Part shown: piece after piece, positions 1 through 15,500 of the stretch
Layout of the letters: the number at the start of each line of letters is the position of its first letter
Position numbering within the stretch: position 1 is the first letter of the stretch
Assembly: GCA_964016885.1 (NCBI GenBank)
Contig: OZ024741.1
Span: forward strand, 237,522,001-237,586,000
Reading direction: 5' to 3'
Length of the DNA: 64,000 nt
Origin: Eledone cirrhosa
Taxonomy: Eukaryota
Translations under genes and position numbers: made by a program
Notes under the pieces: model-generated
What the model was told of the DNA's origin: nothing
Database searches by the model: none
Seen by the model: only the letters and a program-made list of their open reading frames with translations

Positions 1-160
1 TCGGACGCCATGCTTTCCAGCATAGTTACGTCCCTTTATGATCTGAGTTCAAATCCCGCCGAGATTGACTTTGCCTTTCATCCTTACAGGGTCGATAAAA
101 TAAAGTACCAGTAATGCACTGGGTAATTGCTGGCCTTGTGCCTAAAGTAGAAACAATTAT
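1..160 (+). mobile_element. tRNA-derived SINE (family A), 5' end cut by the window edge
   Basis: B-box GAGTTCAAATCC, central block TTGCCTTTCATCCTTACRGGGTCGATAAAATAAAGTACCAG and tail GTAGAAACAATTAT; near-identical copies recur throughout the window. Confidence 0.9.
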
Positions 161-589
161 TTCTTGATTATTTTTTTTTTATTTTTTTATTTGTTTATTT
201 CTGCTTATGATTTTCTTTTCTATGATTCCTTGTTTATATTTTCACCTCATTATGATCATTTTGTTTTGATTTTCCCTCCCCCGTCTTTGTTTACCCTTTT
301 TGCACTCCCCCCCCCCCGCGCTTTACACTCCACACCCACCATGCCCAGCCTGAAATCCTTTCTCCACCAACTCCACACACGCCTTAAACATTTCCTCACC
401 CCTCCTCCCACCCTGCCATCTCCCTTCGGCCCTCCAGCTCTCCTACTTTCTCTTCGCCAAAACCCGGCATTCCAGCCACATCCATTTCCTCAGCCGCTAC
501 CTCCACCTCCACCTCATCCCCCCTGGCTTCCGACTGCACTTCCTCACCTCCACCAAAGCCCTTAAGCTACATTCACCCCCACCACCCCC

Positions 590-2509
590 GTGACCCCACC
601 CGCACCTCACCCATCAACCCCCACCCTCCACCACACACTCCCCTCCCCGTACCTTACCCCCTCCCCCTCCATATCACCCCCCTCTCACATCCAAACCGCG
701 CGCACCCTACCCCCATTTGTTGTCACCATACCCCCTGACCTCCCCCTCTCCGCACCTGAGCGCTCACTCCTCAGTGGAGGCCTGCACTTCATACCCCACA
801 CCCCGTACAGCGACGAATTCCGCACCCGAGCGGATGTCGAGCGATTCGTGCGACGCACCAAGCTACAGACACATTTTCACCAAACCCCACCGGCTCCGAA
901 TGCCGGTACCGGGAAATTTATCACCCTGGACACGTTCGTCGACGCCTGCCGTAGCGAAGTAAATCGCTTCACTTCCGCCGCCGTTCCAAACGGCATAACA
1001 TCACACGGGGCGAACTCCTCGCTCTTCGCTCCCTCCGTAGCCGAGATGACATCGTCATCAAACCGGCGGACAAGGGAGGCGCCGTGGTGGTGTGGCGCGC
1101 CGACCTCTACACGGCTGAAGCCCTCAGCAGCTCCGTAACCCCCCTCTTCTACCGTCCTCTACCCTCCGATCCCATACCCCTCTACCAACAACAAGTTTCC
1201 TCCACCATCCAACACCTCGTCTCCTCCTCCCTCCTCCCTCCCACCGTTTCCCACCTCATCGTCCGCACCAAACTCCCCAAACTCCACAAACCCGACAACC
1301 CAGGCCGCCCCATCGTCTCCGCTGGCAACTGCCCCACAGAACTCATCTCCGCCTTTCTTGACTCCATCCTCGCCTCCCTCGTCACCACCCTCCCCTCCCA
1401 CATCTCCGACACCAACCACGCCCTTCGCCTGTTCGACTCCCTCACTTTCCCACCCAGCCCATCTCCCTCCTCTTCACCCTAGATATTAAGTCCCTCCACG
1501 CCAACAGCCTACGTAACCCTCACCCGAGAACAGCTCGACTCTTTTCTCTCCTTCTTCTGCTCGTTCCACCCCTCCCTCCACTTCACCACCTCTATCTCCA
1601 CCACCCACGTCCACTTCTTGGACCTCTCCGTCGCCATCGACCCCACCACCACTCCCTCGTCACCTTCGCCTTCTTCAAACCCACAGACTCCCTTCCTACC
1701 TCGACTTCAACTCCTCCCACTCTACACACACAAAAAACTCCATTCCCTATTCCCAACTCCTCCAGATCTGCCACCTCTGCAGCCGAGATGCCGACTTCGT
1801 GTCCCAAGCCCTTTCTCTAGTCAGCCATTTCATCCGGAGAAGTCCCTCCCTCCCACGACCACACCGCCCTCACTCGCGCATAGCTGTCCACCGCTCCAAC
1901 GCCCTCACCCCTCACCCCTCACCCCACGCCCCCGCATACCCATCCACCGTCTCCCCTTCCCCATCACCTACCACTCCTCCACCGCACCATCCTCTGCCTC
2001 TTCCGACGCCTCCAGTCCGACCCCCCTCCTTCAAACGCGCGTGTAATCTCTGCTCGTCCGCAGCTCCCTATCCCCCAACCCACACTCCTCTCCGCGGTTC
2101 CCTTCCCTGCTCCAGGCCTCGCTGCCACACCTGCCCCCACATCACCAACACCACCACCTTCCAGGGTCCCAAAGGGCACTCTCTCTCTGTCCGGCACGCC
2201 TTCCGTTGCACCTCCTCCAACCTCGTCTATGGACTTCGCTGCACGGAGTGCAACGCAACCTACGTCGGACAGACTGGACGTCGCCTGGCGGATCGGTTTA
2301 CGGAGCACCTCCGCGATATTCATCTCGGCGGGAGTTCCTCCATCCCCCGCCACTTTGGCTTCCCTGGACATTCCGCCCACCACCTCACAGTCTGTGGCCT
2401 GATCCAATGCCATGGGACACCCGCCACCCGCCTCACGGTCGAACAACACACCATCTTCACCCTACAGACCGCCCTCCCCGACCTGAACTCCTCACCCCTA
2501 TTCCTTTAG
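590..2509 (+). mobile_element. Decayed Penelope-like element (RT + C-terminal GIY-YIG, Cys-rich linker, Neptune-like), frameshifted
   Basis: PLE motifs across frames: LSAPERSLLSGGLHFIP, DDIVIKPADKGGAVVVW, LPKLHKPDNPGRPIVS, CSRPRCHTCPH linker, NLVYGLRCTECNATYVGQTGRRLADRFTEH. Confidence 0.9.
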
Positions 2510-3029
2510 CCTTCGAGCCCCCCCCCCCCCACACACATCCCCCACTAACACCACTAAAACACGCCTCAGTTTCACCGCCTCCACCCCCTTGGCCCACCCC
2601 ACAACTAATAATACTAACACCCCCAGCCCTCCCCCCAACTAACAATACTAACACCCCCATCCCTCCCCCTAGCATCCCCCACGCATACACCCACCTGTAC
2701 ATATATACACGCACTCACACTATCCACACACCCTACTACCACCACTAACCCCCACCCACACATCCACATCTGACCACCCCACAACTAATATTACTAACAT
2801 CCTCCAACCCACCTTCCCCTTCACCCACACACACGAACACACACCATTACACATACACCCATGCATATATATGCACATATAATACACAGACTATGTGTTT
2901 ATGTGTATAAATATACACATGTGCATGCATATACACACATACACCTACAAGCATACACATATATTCAGATTGTGTATATTACTGTAAAATGTAAATCTTC
3001 ATATCAACATACCTACAAATGTTAATGTA

Positions 3030-4401
3030 GGTTTAGCTTTGAAAGGCTTTTGTTTTGAATACTTTACCACTTCTTAGAGCTATCAATTTCGCTAAAACGC
3101 TCACGGTGGTTAAGGATTTTGAAGTTGATGTCATCCTCAACGCCCGTAAGTCGGTGATTAATTTCGACGACTCTATTTGGATAAAAAAAATCTAATAGTA
3201 CCCCATTCGACGTATGGGCACCAGCGATTCGGCAGAGGTTACAGATCTTGTCGGCCTTTTCCTTCTTTTCTCTATCAAGGAAGAATTCCCCAATGTGTGC
3301 GGTGGTTTGTACCACGATGACGGTCTTTTAATCATGACAAAGTGCGGTCGTCGCGCTTACGACAGGTTTAGAAAAGAACTCACAGTCTTCTTTAAAGGCT
3401 TCAACCTCTCCATACAGGTTGAGGCCAACCTCTCGGTCGTAAACTACCTTGACGTTACCCTCTATGTCGAATGGCTTGCGCTACTCGTATAGAAAGCCGA
3501 ACGATACGCATAATTACATCAATAAGCATTCTAACCATGTTGCCAGCATAACCAAGAACCTGGTAAGAAACGTTCTTTGAGGCTTTCCCGTCTATCTACA
3601 AACGACCATATTTTCACCGACCATTCCACTTATTACAATGCATTTCTTGCTCGGAGTGGATTTGTCGATAAGGTAGCATATACTAAGTATGAGCATAAAC
3701 CTAGGAAAAATAGATCCCGAATCATTATATGATATAACCCACCATACAGTATGGAGGTGGCCACACCATTAGCTAAGATCTTTCTCTCCCTTATTAAGAA
3801 GCATTCCCTCTCAGCACATAAATATAATAACATTTTTAATAGAAATACCATTAAAATATCTTACTCTACGACTCCTAACTTTGCATATAACATCACTGCT
3901 TCAAATTTAGCTAAATTACCTAGCCGTAGGAACACGTGCAACCCTGTAGCTAGTACTAAATGTAATTGTAGGAATCGGGTTGACTGCCCTCTATCCGGGA
4001 AATGCCTCTCCAGTAACATTGTCTACAAGTGTAAGGTCGAAACACCCACATCTAGTAGGGCCTACATAGGGTTAACCGCCAATAGATTCAAGCAGCGTCT
4101 TTACATGCACACCCATTCTTTTCTTAACCTTTTAAGACGGGATATGACGTCTCTTTCAGCTTATATCTGGAGTCTAAAATACAACCACACCCAATATATG
4201 TTACACTGGGAGATCCTAGCTAAAGCTAGATCGTATAACGGAGATAAAAGACCATGCGATATTTGCGCCTCTGAAGCCCTGGAAATGCAATACGCCAATG
4301 ATCACATCTTAAACAAAAAATCTGAGGCAATTTCGGCTTGTAAACACAAATTGCATAAAACGTTCCTGTATTACAGCCCCATAATATACCCTAACGGATA
4401 G
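3030..4401 (+). mobile_element. Second decayed Penelope-like element (RT remnant + GIY-YIG)
   Basis: GLYHDDGL and VNYLDVTL RT motifs; then FNRNTIKISYS, CNCRNRVDCPLSGKC linker, NIVYKCKV...YIGLTANRFKQRLYMH, CDIC...CKH; stops and frameshifts upstream of 3751. Confidence 0.9.
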
Positions 4402-4576
4402 TACGAACAATACGCAGATAATTTACGTCTTGATGTGGTAGCTAAGTATATTTTATGTTTATACCATTACTTTTGTATAGGTAAGTATACCTTACACGTA
4501 TGTTTTGTAAAGGTACGTCTACTTTCTCGTACGTATATATGCTTGTATTTGTTATAGGTGAATTTCTTATATTATC

Positions 4577-4690
4577 GAAGTTCAAATCCTGTCGAGGTTA
4601 ACTTTGCCTTTCATCCTTACCGGGTCGATAAAATAAAGTACCAGTAATGCACTGGTAATTGCAGGCCTTGTGCCAAAAGTAGAAATAATT
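4577..4690 (+). mobile_element. SINE family A, 5'-truncated
   Basis: B-box, central block and tail match 1-160. Confidence 0.85.
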
Positions 4691-5378
4691 ATATATACTG
4701 GTATTTGTGTATATGGTTATGTGTATACGTGTATTTTGTGTTTGTGTGTATATGCGTGTATGCGTGTTTGCACGTATGTAAGGTGTGTATATGTGTACAT
4801 TGAGTTTTGGTATACGTACGTTTGGTGAACATATGTGTATTTACCTGTAGGTATGTGTGTACGTGCGTTATATACGTATATGTGTGTATATTTATATACG
4901 TTTATATAACACACAAATATATATTTTTTAATGTGTATTTGGTGTATGCGTACATATGTGTGCGGGTACGTGTGCGCGTGTTTATGTGTACGTGCATGTA
5001 TATGCATGCATGGAGGGTGTTTTCGCGTATGCACATGGACGTACGTATATAGATGTGTGCATGTATATATTTAATTATTATTACTTTTAGGATTTTAATA
5101 ACCTCTGTCATTTTCATTCTACTAAATTATTTACATTATTCTTAACTCCGAAGCCGAAAATCATTCGATTTCCTAAATAGAATATTAGTCTACGACTCCA
5201 TTTATACCATAAACGTGGTTTTGACTTTGCGTGTATTTGTTCTCTCGTTCAAAATAACGACGTATTATCTTCGTTTTTTTTTTCGTTCATTGCCTGGGAA
5301 CGTCTTCACGAACCAAAGTATCGTCTTCCTGTCTTCCTTCGGTTGCAACGTTTTTCGAAATATTTACTTCTGCGTTCA

Positions 5379-5452
5379 CAGATTGATTTTTTTAGTTTCA
5401 GAAGATCCCGTTAAGGGTGAAAGCAGCGATTCTTTGCTTAAACTTTAATCTG
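5379..5452 (+). ncRNA. Type I hammerhead-like motif with variant core CAGAAGA
   Basis: Stem I AGTTT/AAACT plus CAGATT/AATCTG; CAGAAGA 5399-5405; stem II CCC-GTTAA-GGG; GAAA 5419-5422; stem III GCA/TGC; CUU site. Same family at 41838-42012. Confidence 0.55.
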
Positions 5453-5554
5453 TTATTTTAATAAATATTTGCTCTACGGTTCTTATATATTTGATATATA
5501 TTTATCCTTATCGAGCCCTCTTTGGATTTTAGTCTTCAAATTTATTATTATTAC

Positions 5555-5738
5555 TATATATATACATATACATATATATATATACATATATATATATGTA
5601 TACATATGTATACATATATATATATATGTGTATATGTATACATATATATATGTGTATATGTATACATATATATATGTATATATATATACATATGTATACA
5701 TATATATATATGTATATATGTATACATATATATATATG

Positions 5739-5804
<66 letters not shown>

Positions 5805-5912
5805 TATATATGTATATATATAAATATATTGATATATGTGTGTGTATATATATATGTGTGTATATGCATATATATATGTATATACATATAAATATGTGTG
5901 TGTATATATATA
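5555..5912. repeat. Degenerate (AT)n/(ATAC/ATGT) microsatellite
   Basis: Direct inspection; source of the YI-rich ORFs. Confidence 0.95.
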
Positions 5913-5921
5913 GCTCGCTAT

Positions 5922-6515
5922 CTAGGGCGGGTAAAATTCCAGAGATCCATGGACGAGTTCTCTCCAGCGGTCTCCGTCCCTCATTATCGCTGCCATGTCC
6001 TGCGTCTCCAACAGACCAGTGTCTGTCCTTAGGGCATCAACATACGTTAACCTTGGTCTTCTTCTTCCAGTGTGTCCATGTAGGGGCCCCCACAGGAGCA
6101 CTGAGTGCAATGTCAACTCTGGATGTCGGTGAGCATGTCCAGCTAACCTCTGTCTCCTCTGTGTCACTTTTGAGCTGACTTTTGGGAGGCTCCCATACAG
6201 CTCTGAGTTTTTCATCCTCAGTGTATATACTGATTAATGTTCAGAGCCATCCTCAGCATTCTCGTGTAGCGCACATCCACCATCTGAGTGGGAAGCCGCT
6301 AGAATTGGTTGAGGACGTCCTGTATTTGGGAGAACAGATTGGGAATACGGAAGATGATGTGGTTGAGAGGAAAAGCAAAACCTGGGCGACGTGCCACAGC
6401 TTGAGATCGGTGTGGAAGTCGGACCTTCGTAAAGACCTGAAAATCCGCCTCTTCATTGCTGTAGTGGAGTCTGTCCTTCTGTACAGGTCTGAGACTTGGA
6501 CACTGACCAAGAAAC
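5922..6515. mobile_element. RTE-type LINE C-terminal fragments in opposite orientations
   Basis: Minus 5922-6215: [39 protein letters not shown]. Plus 6260-6515: YLGEQI..IRLFIAVVESVLLYRSETWTLTK. Confidence 0.75.
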
Positions 6516-7101
6516 TATATATATATGTGTGTGTGTGTGTATATACATATATATGTGTATATACATATATATATGTATGATAAAATTTGCTCCGGACATA
6601 ACAGACGTGTCTGAAAGAACCCGCAGAAGTAGAATCAGCCAGATCCATACAAGGACCATGACTCGAGCTACATGCCGGCGAAACATTTGTAACACGAACA
6701 TGCTAGACAACAACATGACGGTAACATAGACAACATAGAAATGACCCAGCAAATAGGCAAATCAGAGAGGCCAGTGAAATAGAAATTAGAAGACCAAGAC
6801 TAAACAGAAAGAATGAATGGAATAACAACAACACCCAAACAAACAACACTGACCTAAGAGAAGAATAAATAAGTAAATAAAATAAAATAAATAAATAAAT
6901 AAATACATACACAAGCACAATAACAACAAGCACATAAACACACACTAGTCACCCATCACACAGCAAACAAAACGCTATACACACACGCAAACGCATGCGC
7001 AAAGAAGACAAAATAAAATAAACAAACAAGCAAATAAATAAATAAATATATAGACAGACTGAATAAAAATGGCGTAGACATACAATACAACAGGAGGAAA
7101 A

Positions 7102-7157
7102 TATAGCACCACTGACGATGTTGCAGATGTACAACGAAAGATTTATGATAAACTATA
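7102..7157 (+). ncRNA. Minimal type I hammerhead ribozyme in PLE pseudo-LTR
   Basis: CTGACGA 7112-7118, stem II GTTG..CAAC, GAAA 7136-7139, stem I CA/TG plus TATAG/CTATA. Confidence 0.65.
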
Positions 7158-7394
7158 TATATGTGTTTGTGTCTATATTGTATCTGTATTATTTTTGACC
7201 GTCGGTCAGTCAATGGCAACATTGAGGACCGAGTAAGTTAGATTACCGATATAAAAGACACAGAAGCGAGAAGCGAAAACCAACCAAACAGTGAGTGTGT
7301 TCTGTTATTAATTCTGGCAATATTACACAAATATGACCCTCCCCAAGTATAACAATATATATATATGTATATGTATATGTATATATACATATAC

Positions 7395-7498
<104 letters not shown>

Positions 7499-7750
7499 CG
7501 GTGATGAATTAGTTTTGCGAGTTTTTTATATGAAATCGTGTCGAAACAAATATTGTTATACTTGGGGAGGGTCATATTTGTGTAATATTGCCAGAATTAA
7601 TAACAGAACACACTCACTGTTTGGTTGGTTTTCGATTTTCGCTTCTGTGTCTTTTATATCGGCAATCTAATTTATTCGGTCCTCAATGTTGCCATTGACT
7701 GACCAACGGTCAAAAATAATATAGATACAATATAGACACAAACACATATA

Positions 7751-7806
7751 TATAGTTTATCAAAGTTCTTTCGTTGCACATCTGCAACATCGTCAGTGGT
7801 GCTATA
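7751..7806 (-). ncRNA. Minimal type I hammerhead ribozyme in inverted PLE pseudo-LTR
   Basis: Reverse complement of 8933-8988. Confidence 0.7.
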
Positions 7807-8932
7807 GATTCCTCCCGTTGCATTGTATTTCTACGCCATCTTTATTTAGTCTGTTTATATATTTATTTGTTTGTTTGTTTGTTTATTTTATTTTGTCTTC
7901 TTTGCGCATGCGTTTGCGTGTGTGTATAGTGTTTTGTTTGATGTGTGTTCGCGATTGGGTGACTGTGTATTGGTTAATGTATTCTATGTTTACTAGTGTG
8001 TGTTTATATGTGTTTGTTGTTATTGTGCTTGTGTATGTATTTATTTATTTATTTATTTATCTATTTATTTATTTATTTATACTTCTCTTAGGTCAGTGTT
8101 TGTTTGGGTGTTGTTGTTATTCCATTCATAGGTTTTGCTGATCAGGGATTTTATGGTGGTTCCTGGCTTTTCTACCACCTTAATCTTCAAGTGGGTAGAA
8201 AAGCCAGGAACCACCATAAAATCCCTGATCAGCAAAACCTACCCTTTTAAGAAAACCCACTGTACTAATAGGAAATGTATCATATGTAAGGTAAACCCCC
8301 GGATAAACTGTAAAACTAGAAACGTAGTCTATAGCATAAGATGTACAGAGGGTACTTGCAGAAACATGACAACAACATACATAGGCGAGACAGTTCGTAG
8401 CATAGGTGAAAGGATAGACCAACACTGGGGGGAACTAAAAGGACGAAAAAACGGGTCAGTACTATACGAACATGCCAGACAACACGACGGTAACATAGAC
8501 AACATAGAAATTAGAATAATATCTAAACATAGAAATGACCCAGCAGATAGGCAAATCAGAGAGGCCAGTGAAATAGAACTTAGAAGGCCAAGACTAAACA
8601 GAAAGAATGAATGGAATAACAACAACACCCAAACAAACAACACTGACCTAAGAGAAGTATAAATAAATAAATAAATAGATAAATAAATAAATAAATACAT
8701 ACACAAGCACAATAACAACAAACACATATAAACACACACTAGTAAACATAGAATACATTAACCAATACACAGTCACCCAATCGCGAACACACATCAAACA
8801 AAACACTATACACACACGCAAACGCATGCGCAAAGAAGACAAAATAAAATAAACAAACAAACAAACAAATAAATAAATATATAAACAGACTAAATAAAAA
8901 TGGCGTAGAAATACAATGCAACGGGAGGAATC

Positions 8933-8988
8933 TATAGCACCACTGACGATGTTGCAGATGTGCAACGAAAGAACTTTGATAAACTATA
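8933..8988 (+). ncRNA. Minimal type I hammerhead ribozyme in PLE pseudo-LTR
   Basis: CTGACGA 8943-8949, T, stem II GTTGCA-GATG-TGCAAC, GAAA 8967-8970, G-AA-CTT site, stem I CA/TG plus TATAG/CTATA. Confidence 0.7.
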
Positions 8989-9181
8989 TATATGTGTTTG
9001 TGTCTATATTGTATCTGTATTATTTTTGACCGTTGGTCAGTCAATGGCAACATTGAGGACCGAATAAATTAGATTGCCGATATAAAAGACACAGAAGCGA
9101 AAACCGAAAACCAACCAAACAGTGAGTGTGTTCTGTTATTAATTCTGGCAATATTACACAAATATGACCCTCCCCAAGTAT

Positions 9182-9245
<64 letters not shown>

Positions 9246-9334
9246 AGAATATTTTTTCGAAACAGCGAATTGGTTTGAAATTATTAGAAATGTAAGCTAT
9301 CGCCGTATTTTGACTAAAATACGGCGATAGCTTT

Positions 9335-9850
9335 CGTATGTATGTATATGTGCATATATGTATATATATATACATACTACTGTACGTCTGTATACATATA
9401 TGTATGTACATATACATACTTATATTTAAGTAACTGCCGTACTAAGAGTGGGAAATGAAATTTCGTTTCATTTTTTCCGTTTATCGTTTTCGGTGCACCC
9501 GGCCGATTAACCCACTCGATATGCAAATTGGGCTACTCAGCCGTTAATATGCATAAGGAAAGTATATACTTTCGGACGTTCAACTATCTGGCAGGAAGGT
9601 ATACGTTGATGACGATAGCTAACAAGCTTGAAACTAGTACAGCGTTCCTTTGTCAGTGTTGAACAAACGAGCAACGGTGGTTGCTAGACACTGCGGCTTA
9701 ATACGGGATGTTTGTTTACAAACACACCGAGCATTATAATAAATGTTTGGTGAATCCATACGTACATATATATATGTGTGCATGTATGTATATATATATA
9801 CATACTACTGTACGTCTGTATACATATATGTATGTACGTATACATACTTT
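9335..9850 (+). mobile_element. About 1.2 units of the ~426-bp hammerhead-bearing repeat (retrozyme-like); core mutated to ATGACGA
   Basis: Homologous to 42190-43200; terminal redundancy CATACTACTGTACGTCTG at 9372 and 9801; octamer ATGCAAAT 9521-9528; stem I ACGTTG/CAGCGT. Confidence 0.75.
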
Positions 9851-11034
9851 TATATATATATATACACACATATGTATATATATATATATATATATGTATG
9901 AATGTATTCTGACAATATCTGGTAATTCTTCTTCAGTTTTTGTCTTCTACCATTAACTACAGGTAGATTTCATGGCTAGGTGGGGGTGGTGGATGAGGCT
10001 GAAGTAAAATTCGGGAAAATATAAAAAAGAAAACTTTTTTTTAAATGCCTGGGTGTGTAAAATCATCGTGTAATGTGTCAACCTTCTCAACACTGATCAT
10101 AACCTTAAAGGAAATATACAAAATAAAATTTTTGAAATGTATTAAAAAAAGAAGAAACTGAAAAACTATCTAAAGGAATTTATTAAATATCTAAAATGTT
10201 CAAAATTAAATGAACAGAAGACAAAATCACTGTCGAAAACCTGTAAAATGAAAAAAAAAAAAAGAAAAAGAAAGAAAAAAAACGATGTTTGTTTGATGTG
10301 AAATTTTCATTAATCTACTGATTGTTGCAAATAAAACTGATGTTTAGATCTTTGGGTTCCCATTGTTACAATTAGTGTTTGTTATTTAATGTTGATCTGT
10401 TGTTCTTGACGTCTTCCTCTTGGTCAACCCTGAGTAAGGAGATCTATAGACTTAGGCATTTCAACCATGACAATCTGGACTTATATTAAGATGTAGTGTA
10501 TCTATGATGTTTTCTGCTTTCTATAAGACAGTATGGCATGATTTTGAGGGATATTTGGCTGCTATTTAATGAGGGTCATGTGACTTTATAGAGGTAGTTG
10601 TTGTTTATTCCCAAGTCAGTCTTGATTAAACAGATCTATAGTCGTTGGAGTTCCAGCTGTGACCATCCTAAATTATATTTGGATGGATATGATATATCTA
10701 CGATGTATTCTTTCTTTTATACGACAGTACAGTCTGATTTGAGGGAGATTTGGTTGCTAGTTTTAGCAGGTCGAGTGACTACACAAGTTATTGCTGCTTT
10801 ATTTTTTAGATGAAGTTATTTTTAAAGACACCTTGTCATAGAACCTGTGAAAGCTTGTAAACTGAAATACATGGAGGAACCGCTGTCTTTTCTAATTATT
10901 TTTTTTTTACTTATTTTATTTGATTGATCAAACATTCATTTATTTTTCCACATATTTATGTATTTACTTGACTATTAATTTTTTTTTATTTGTCAATTTA
11001 TTTATCAGTCAGAATAGAGAAAGCATTCCCTTGA

Positions 11035-11200
11035 GGACAGCGAGGGAAATGTACTGCAATAGCTTGTGAAGCCCACTCCTGCAGGTGGTCTATTATGCCC
11101 TGATAACAGCGAGCAGAGAGGTGATTTGGGGGACCCAGAACACCAGAAGTATTCCTCGCCATAGACTCAATGACAAAACTTACAGGAAAGCAGCCTTGCT
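11035..11200 (-). mobile_element. Highly decayed CRE-like non-LTR 3' fragment
   Basis: Minus strand reads ...LLQYISLAVLKGNAFSI (with a frameshift), resembling the end of the ORF at 35605-35790. Confidence 0.45.
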
Positions 11201-11674
11201 ACTGGTTGTTTTGCTGGACACGTGAAGGTGTATACATATCTCTAAGTTGATAGTATTTGGGGCCTTCCTCCAGTTACTGTAAGTGTTGGAGTCATGATAA
11301 AATGCTCCCAGTACATTCTATAAAATTGTTGGTGCTAGGAAGGGCATCCAGTCAAATAAACTAAGCCAAAATGATATGTATGAACAAGACAAGGTCACCT
11401 GACCCATCTAACCCAAACAAGCATAGAAAATAGACACTAAACAATGATGAGAATGGTGAGAAGAAATAAATCTTCAAACTGAAGACATAGGTCAAATCAT
11501 TGCAACAGAGTAGACTCTAGGCCAAGTTGTAGTGGTAAACTGGTTAACAGATTAAGTCTAGCTCTCAAGAACAGAGATAGTCTATCCAATGGATTTCCAC
11601 ACACATGACGGGTTGATACTAGAGTTGTATTTTATTTTATTGAACCCGGAGGATGAATCTAAACTCAGGACAAA

Positions 11675-11856
11675 ATAATTGTTTCTACTTTTGGCACAAG
11701 GCCAGCAATTACCCAGTACATTTCTGGTACTTTATTTTATTGACCCCGTAAGGATGAAAGGCAAAGTTAACCTCGGCGGGATTTAAACTCAGACTGTAAA
11801 GGGACGTAACTATGCTAGAAAGCATGGCGTCCAACCCTCTACCGATACTGCCAATT
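11675..11856 (-). mobile_element. SINE family A, full length, with target-site duplication
   Basis: Reverse complement of the consensus; flanked by ACTCAGGACA(A/T)AATAAT at 11663-11679 and 11858-11874. Confidence 0.9.
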
Positions 11857-12329
11857 CACTCAGGACATAATAATGTTTTCTAATTTAGGCACAAGATCAG
11901 AAATGTATGTCCTTCTCCCTGACATACATCTTGTTGTCCCTCACTTGCTCCCTGCCCTCCTGGAACCTCTTGTGCCAGCAAAAAATAGTTGCCTGGCTCA
12001 TGAAAGTTAGACTGTAAGCAGTTTTGACCATTTCATAGGTTTCTGCAGCATTTTTTCTGTGCTTGACACAAAACTTTATTGCATATTAGCCTCCAAGTTA
12101 TCCTCACATCCAGACTGCATTGTGGAACCAGTCAGTTGCAACAAGACATGTATGACGGGTAGTATTTAAAGTGATGGCCCAAACCTTCAACCTGGAAAAA
12201 AAAATTTGGCTCATTAATGTATTATTACATATCAAGCATGTATTAGAGTGACAATTACACAGACCAATTAAAAGTGCCAGAAAAGAAAAAGTCTCAAAAC
12301 ATCTTGAGACAGCTGCAATTCTGTGGTGT

Positions 12330-12694
12330 CCTCCAGGCATTGCAACCCAGTTCACGGTAGTGGGATTAGGATGTGTGAGGTTCATATTTTTTGGTGGGCA
12401 GAGATCCGGACACTCATTCAGTATATGTTCAGCAGTCTGCTCTGGCGAGCTACACTGGCAAGATGCTGATAGATGTAAGCCCCAGTGGTACCTGGCTGCA
12501 TTGAATCAGCCGACACCTGTGCTTAGCTGATTCAGGGACACCCACTCCCTCTGAAAGAGGTTAGCATTTAGGTGGAGAGCCGTATTGGGGTTCACATTCA
12601 GTAGGATGGCTAGCTCTCCATGGTTGAAGTATGTCAAAATCTGAGTCTTGGTGGTGATCTGGATGTAGTTGATTGAATCAACTTCCTTTCGCAA
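12330..12694 (-). mobile_element. Non-LTR retrotransposon C-terminal CCHC fragment (Ingi/Vingi-like)
   Basis: Minus translation REWVSLNQLSTGVG*FNAARYHWGLHLSASCQCSSPEQTAEHILNECP. Confidence 0.7.
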
Positions 12695-13679
12695 ATAATG
12701 ATTTCTAAAGAAGGGAAAGTCGATTATATCAACCCCAGTACTCTGCTGCTACTTTATTTCATCGACCCTGGAAGAATGAAAGGCAAAGTTGATTTTGGTG
12801 GGATTTGAACTTAGAATGTAAAGGACTGTAACTAAATTCCATAAAAGCATTTCATCTGATGCTTTAACTATTCTGTCAACCAACTGTCCTAAATAAAGAT
12901 ATGTGTGGGTAACAGTAGCATAGTTAAATTTAGTGCCACATGGGTTGGGCTTTGAGTTTGCTGATCTCTCAACCGAAAATCCCTGTAGACCAAAACTTGC
13001 CATCCATGATAAAGTGCTGCTTATGGACTCCTCCCCTACGATATCACTTAAGCTCACTATTGCTTATGGTGGTTGCTGTCATTGACACCTCTTCCTTAAC
13101 TAACAGGCGTTGTATGTCAGAGAAAATTTTGCACCCGGAGGTGGCGGTGGGAGCGACTTTCCTTGCTCTCCTCTCCTGTTATGTTGGCTGGAGTGCTACC
13201 GTGCTGAACATAACACTCTGGCATAAAGTGTAAACATACAAACTTTTGGCCATTTGTTTACATAACACGACTTCAACCTGGACTTAAATCTTGGTTTCTA
13301 AGCGTGTATTATTAGATTTGAAAACAAATTACAAACGAATTATACTGCAAGAACAGAATTAATGAAAAGAAAAAATTATCATCTTTGGTTGGGGTACTCA
13401 CATGTGTGGAAGATGTATATATTGATAGAGATGTGTATTTACAAGTGTGGAATTATGTGCAGATGTGTGCATATCTGTTGGTAGAAGCCTGTATGTTTTG
13501 AAAGATATATAATCTGTGTGGAAGATGCATGTATTGGAGGAAGGAAAGGGTGGGTTGTTGGTAGATATGATTGTGTATGCGTGTGATTTTGGTAGAGCAG
13601 ATGTGCAGAGAAGCAGCAGACATGCTGGTAGTGGTGGGAGGCATTAAATGCAACGGGATAGATATTGTAAGAGTGGTAG

Positions 13680-15500
<1,821 letters not shown>

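Noticed and set aside
4717-5891. Many YI/CV/HT-rich ORFs (also near 7.3, 21, 22.4, 30.1, 39.5, 40.1 and 55.4-56 kb)
   Set aside because: Translations of (AT)n, (CA)n and (ATGT)n microsatellites that lack stop codons; not proteins
8135-9188. Possible selenocysteine/SECIS usage, as reported for some Naiad elements
   Set aside because: No in-frame TGA in the visible ORF and no convincing SECIS fold seen in the 3' UTR
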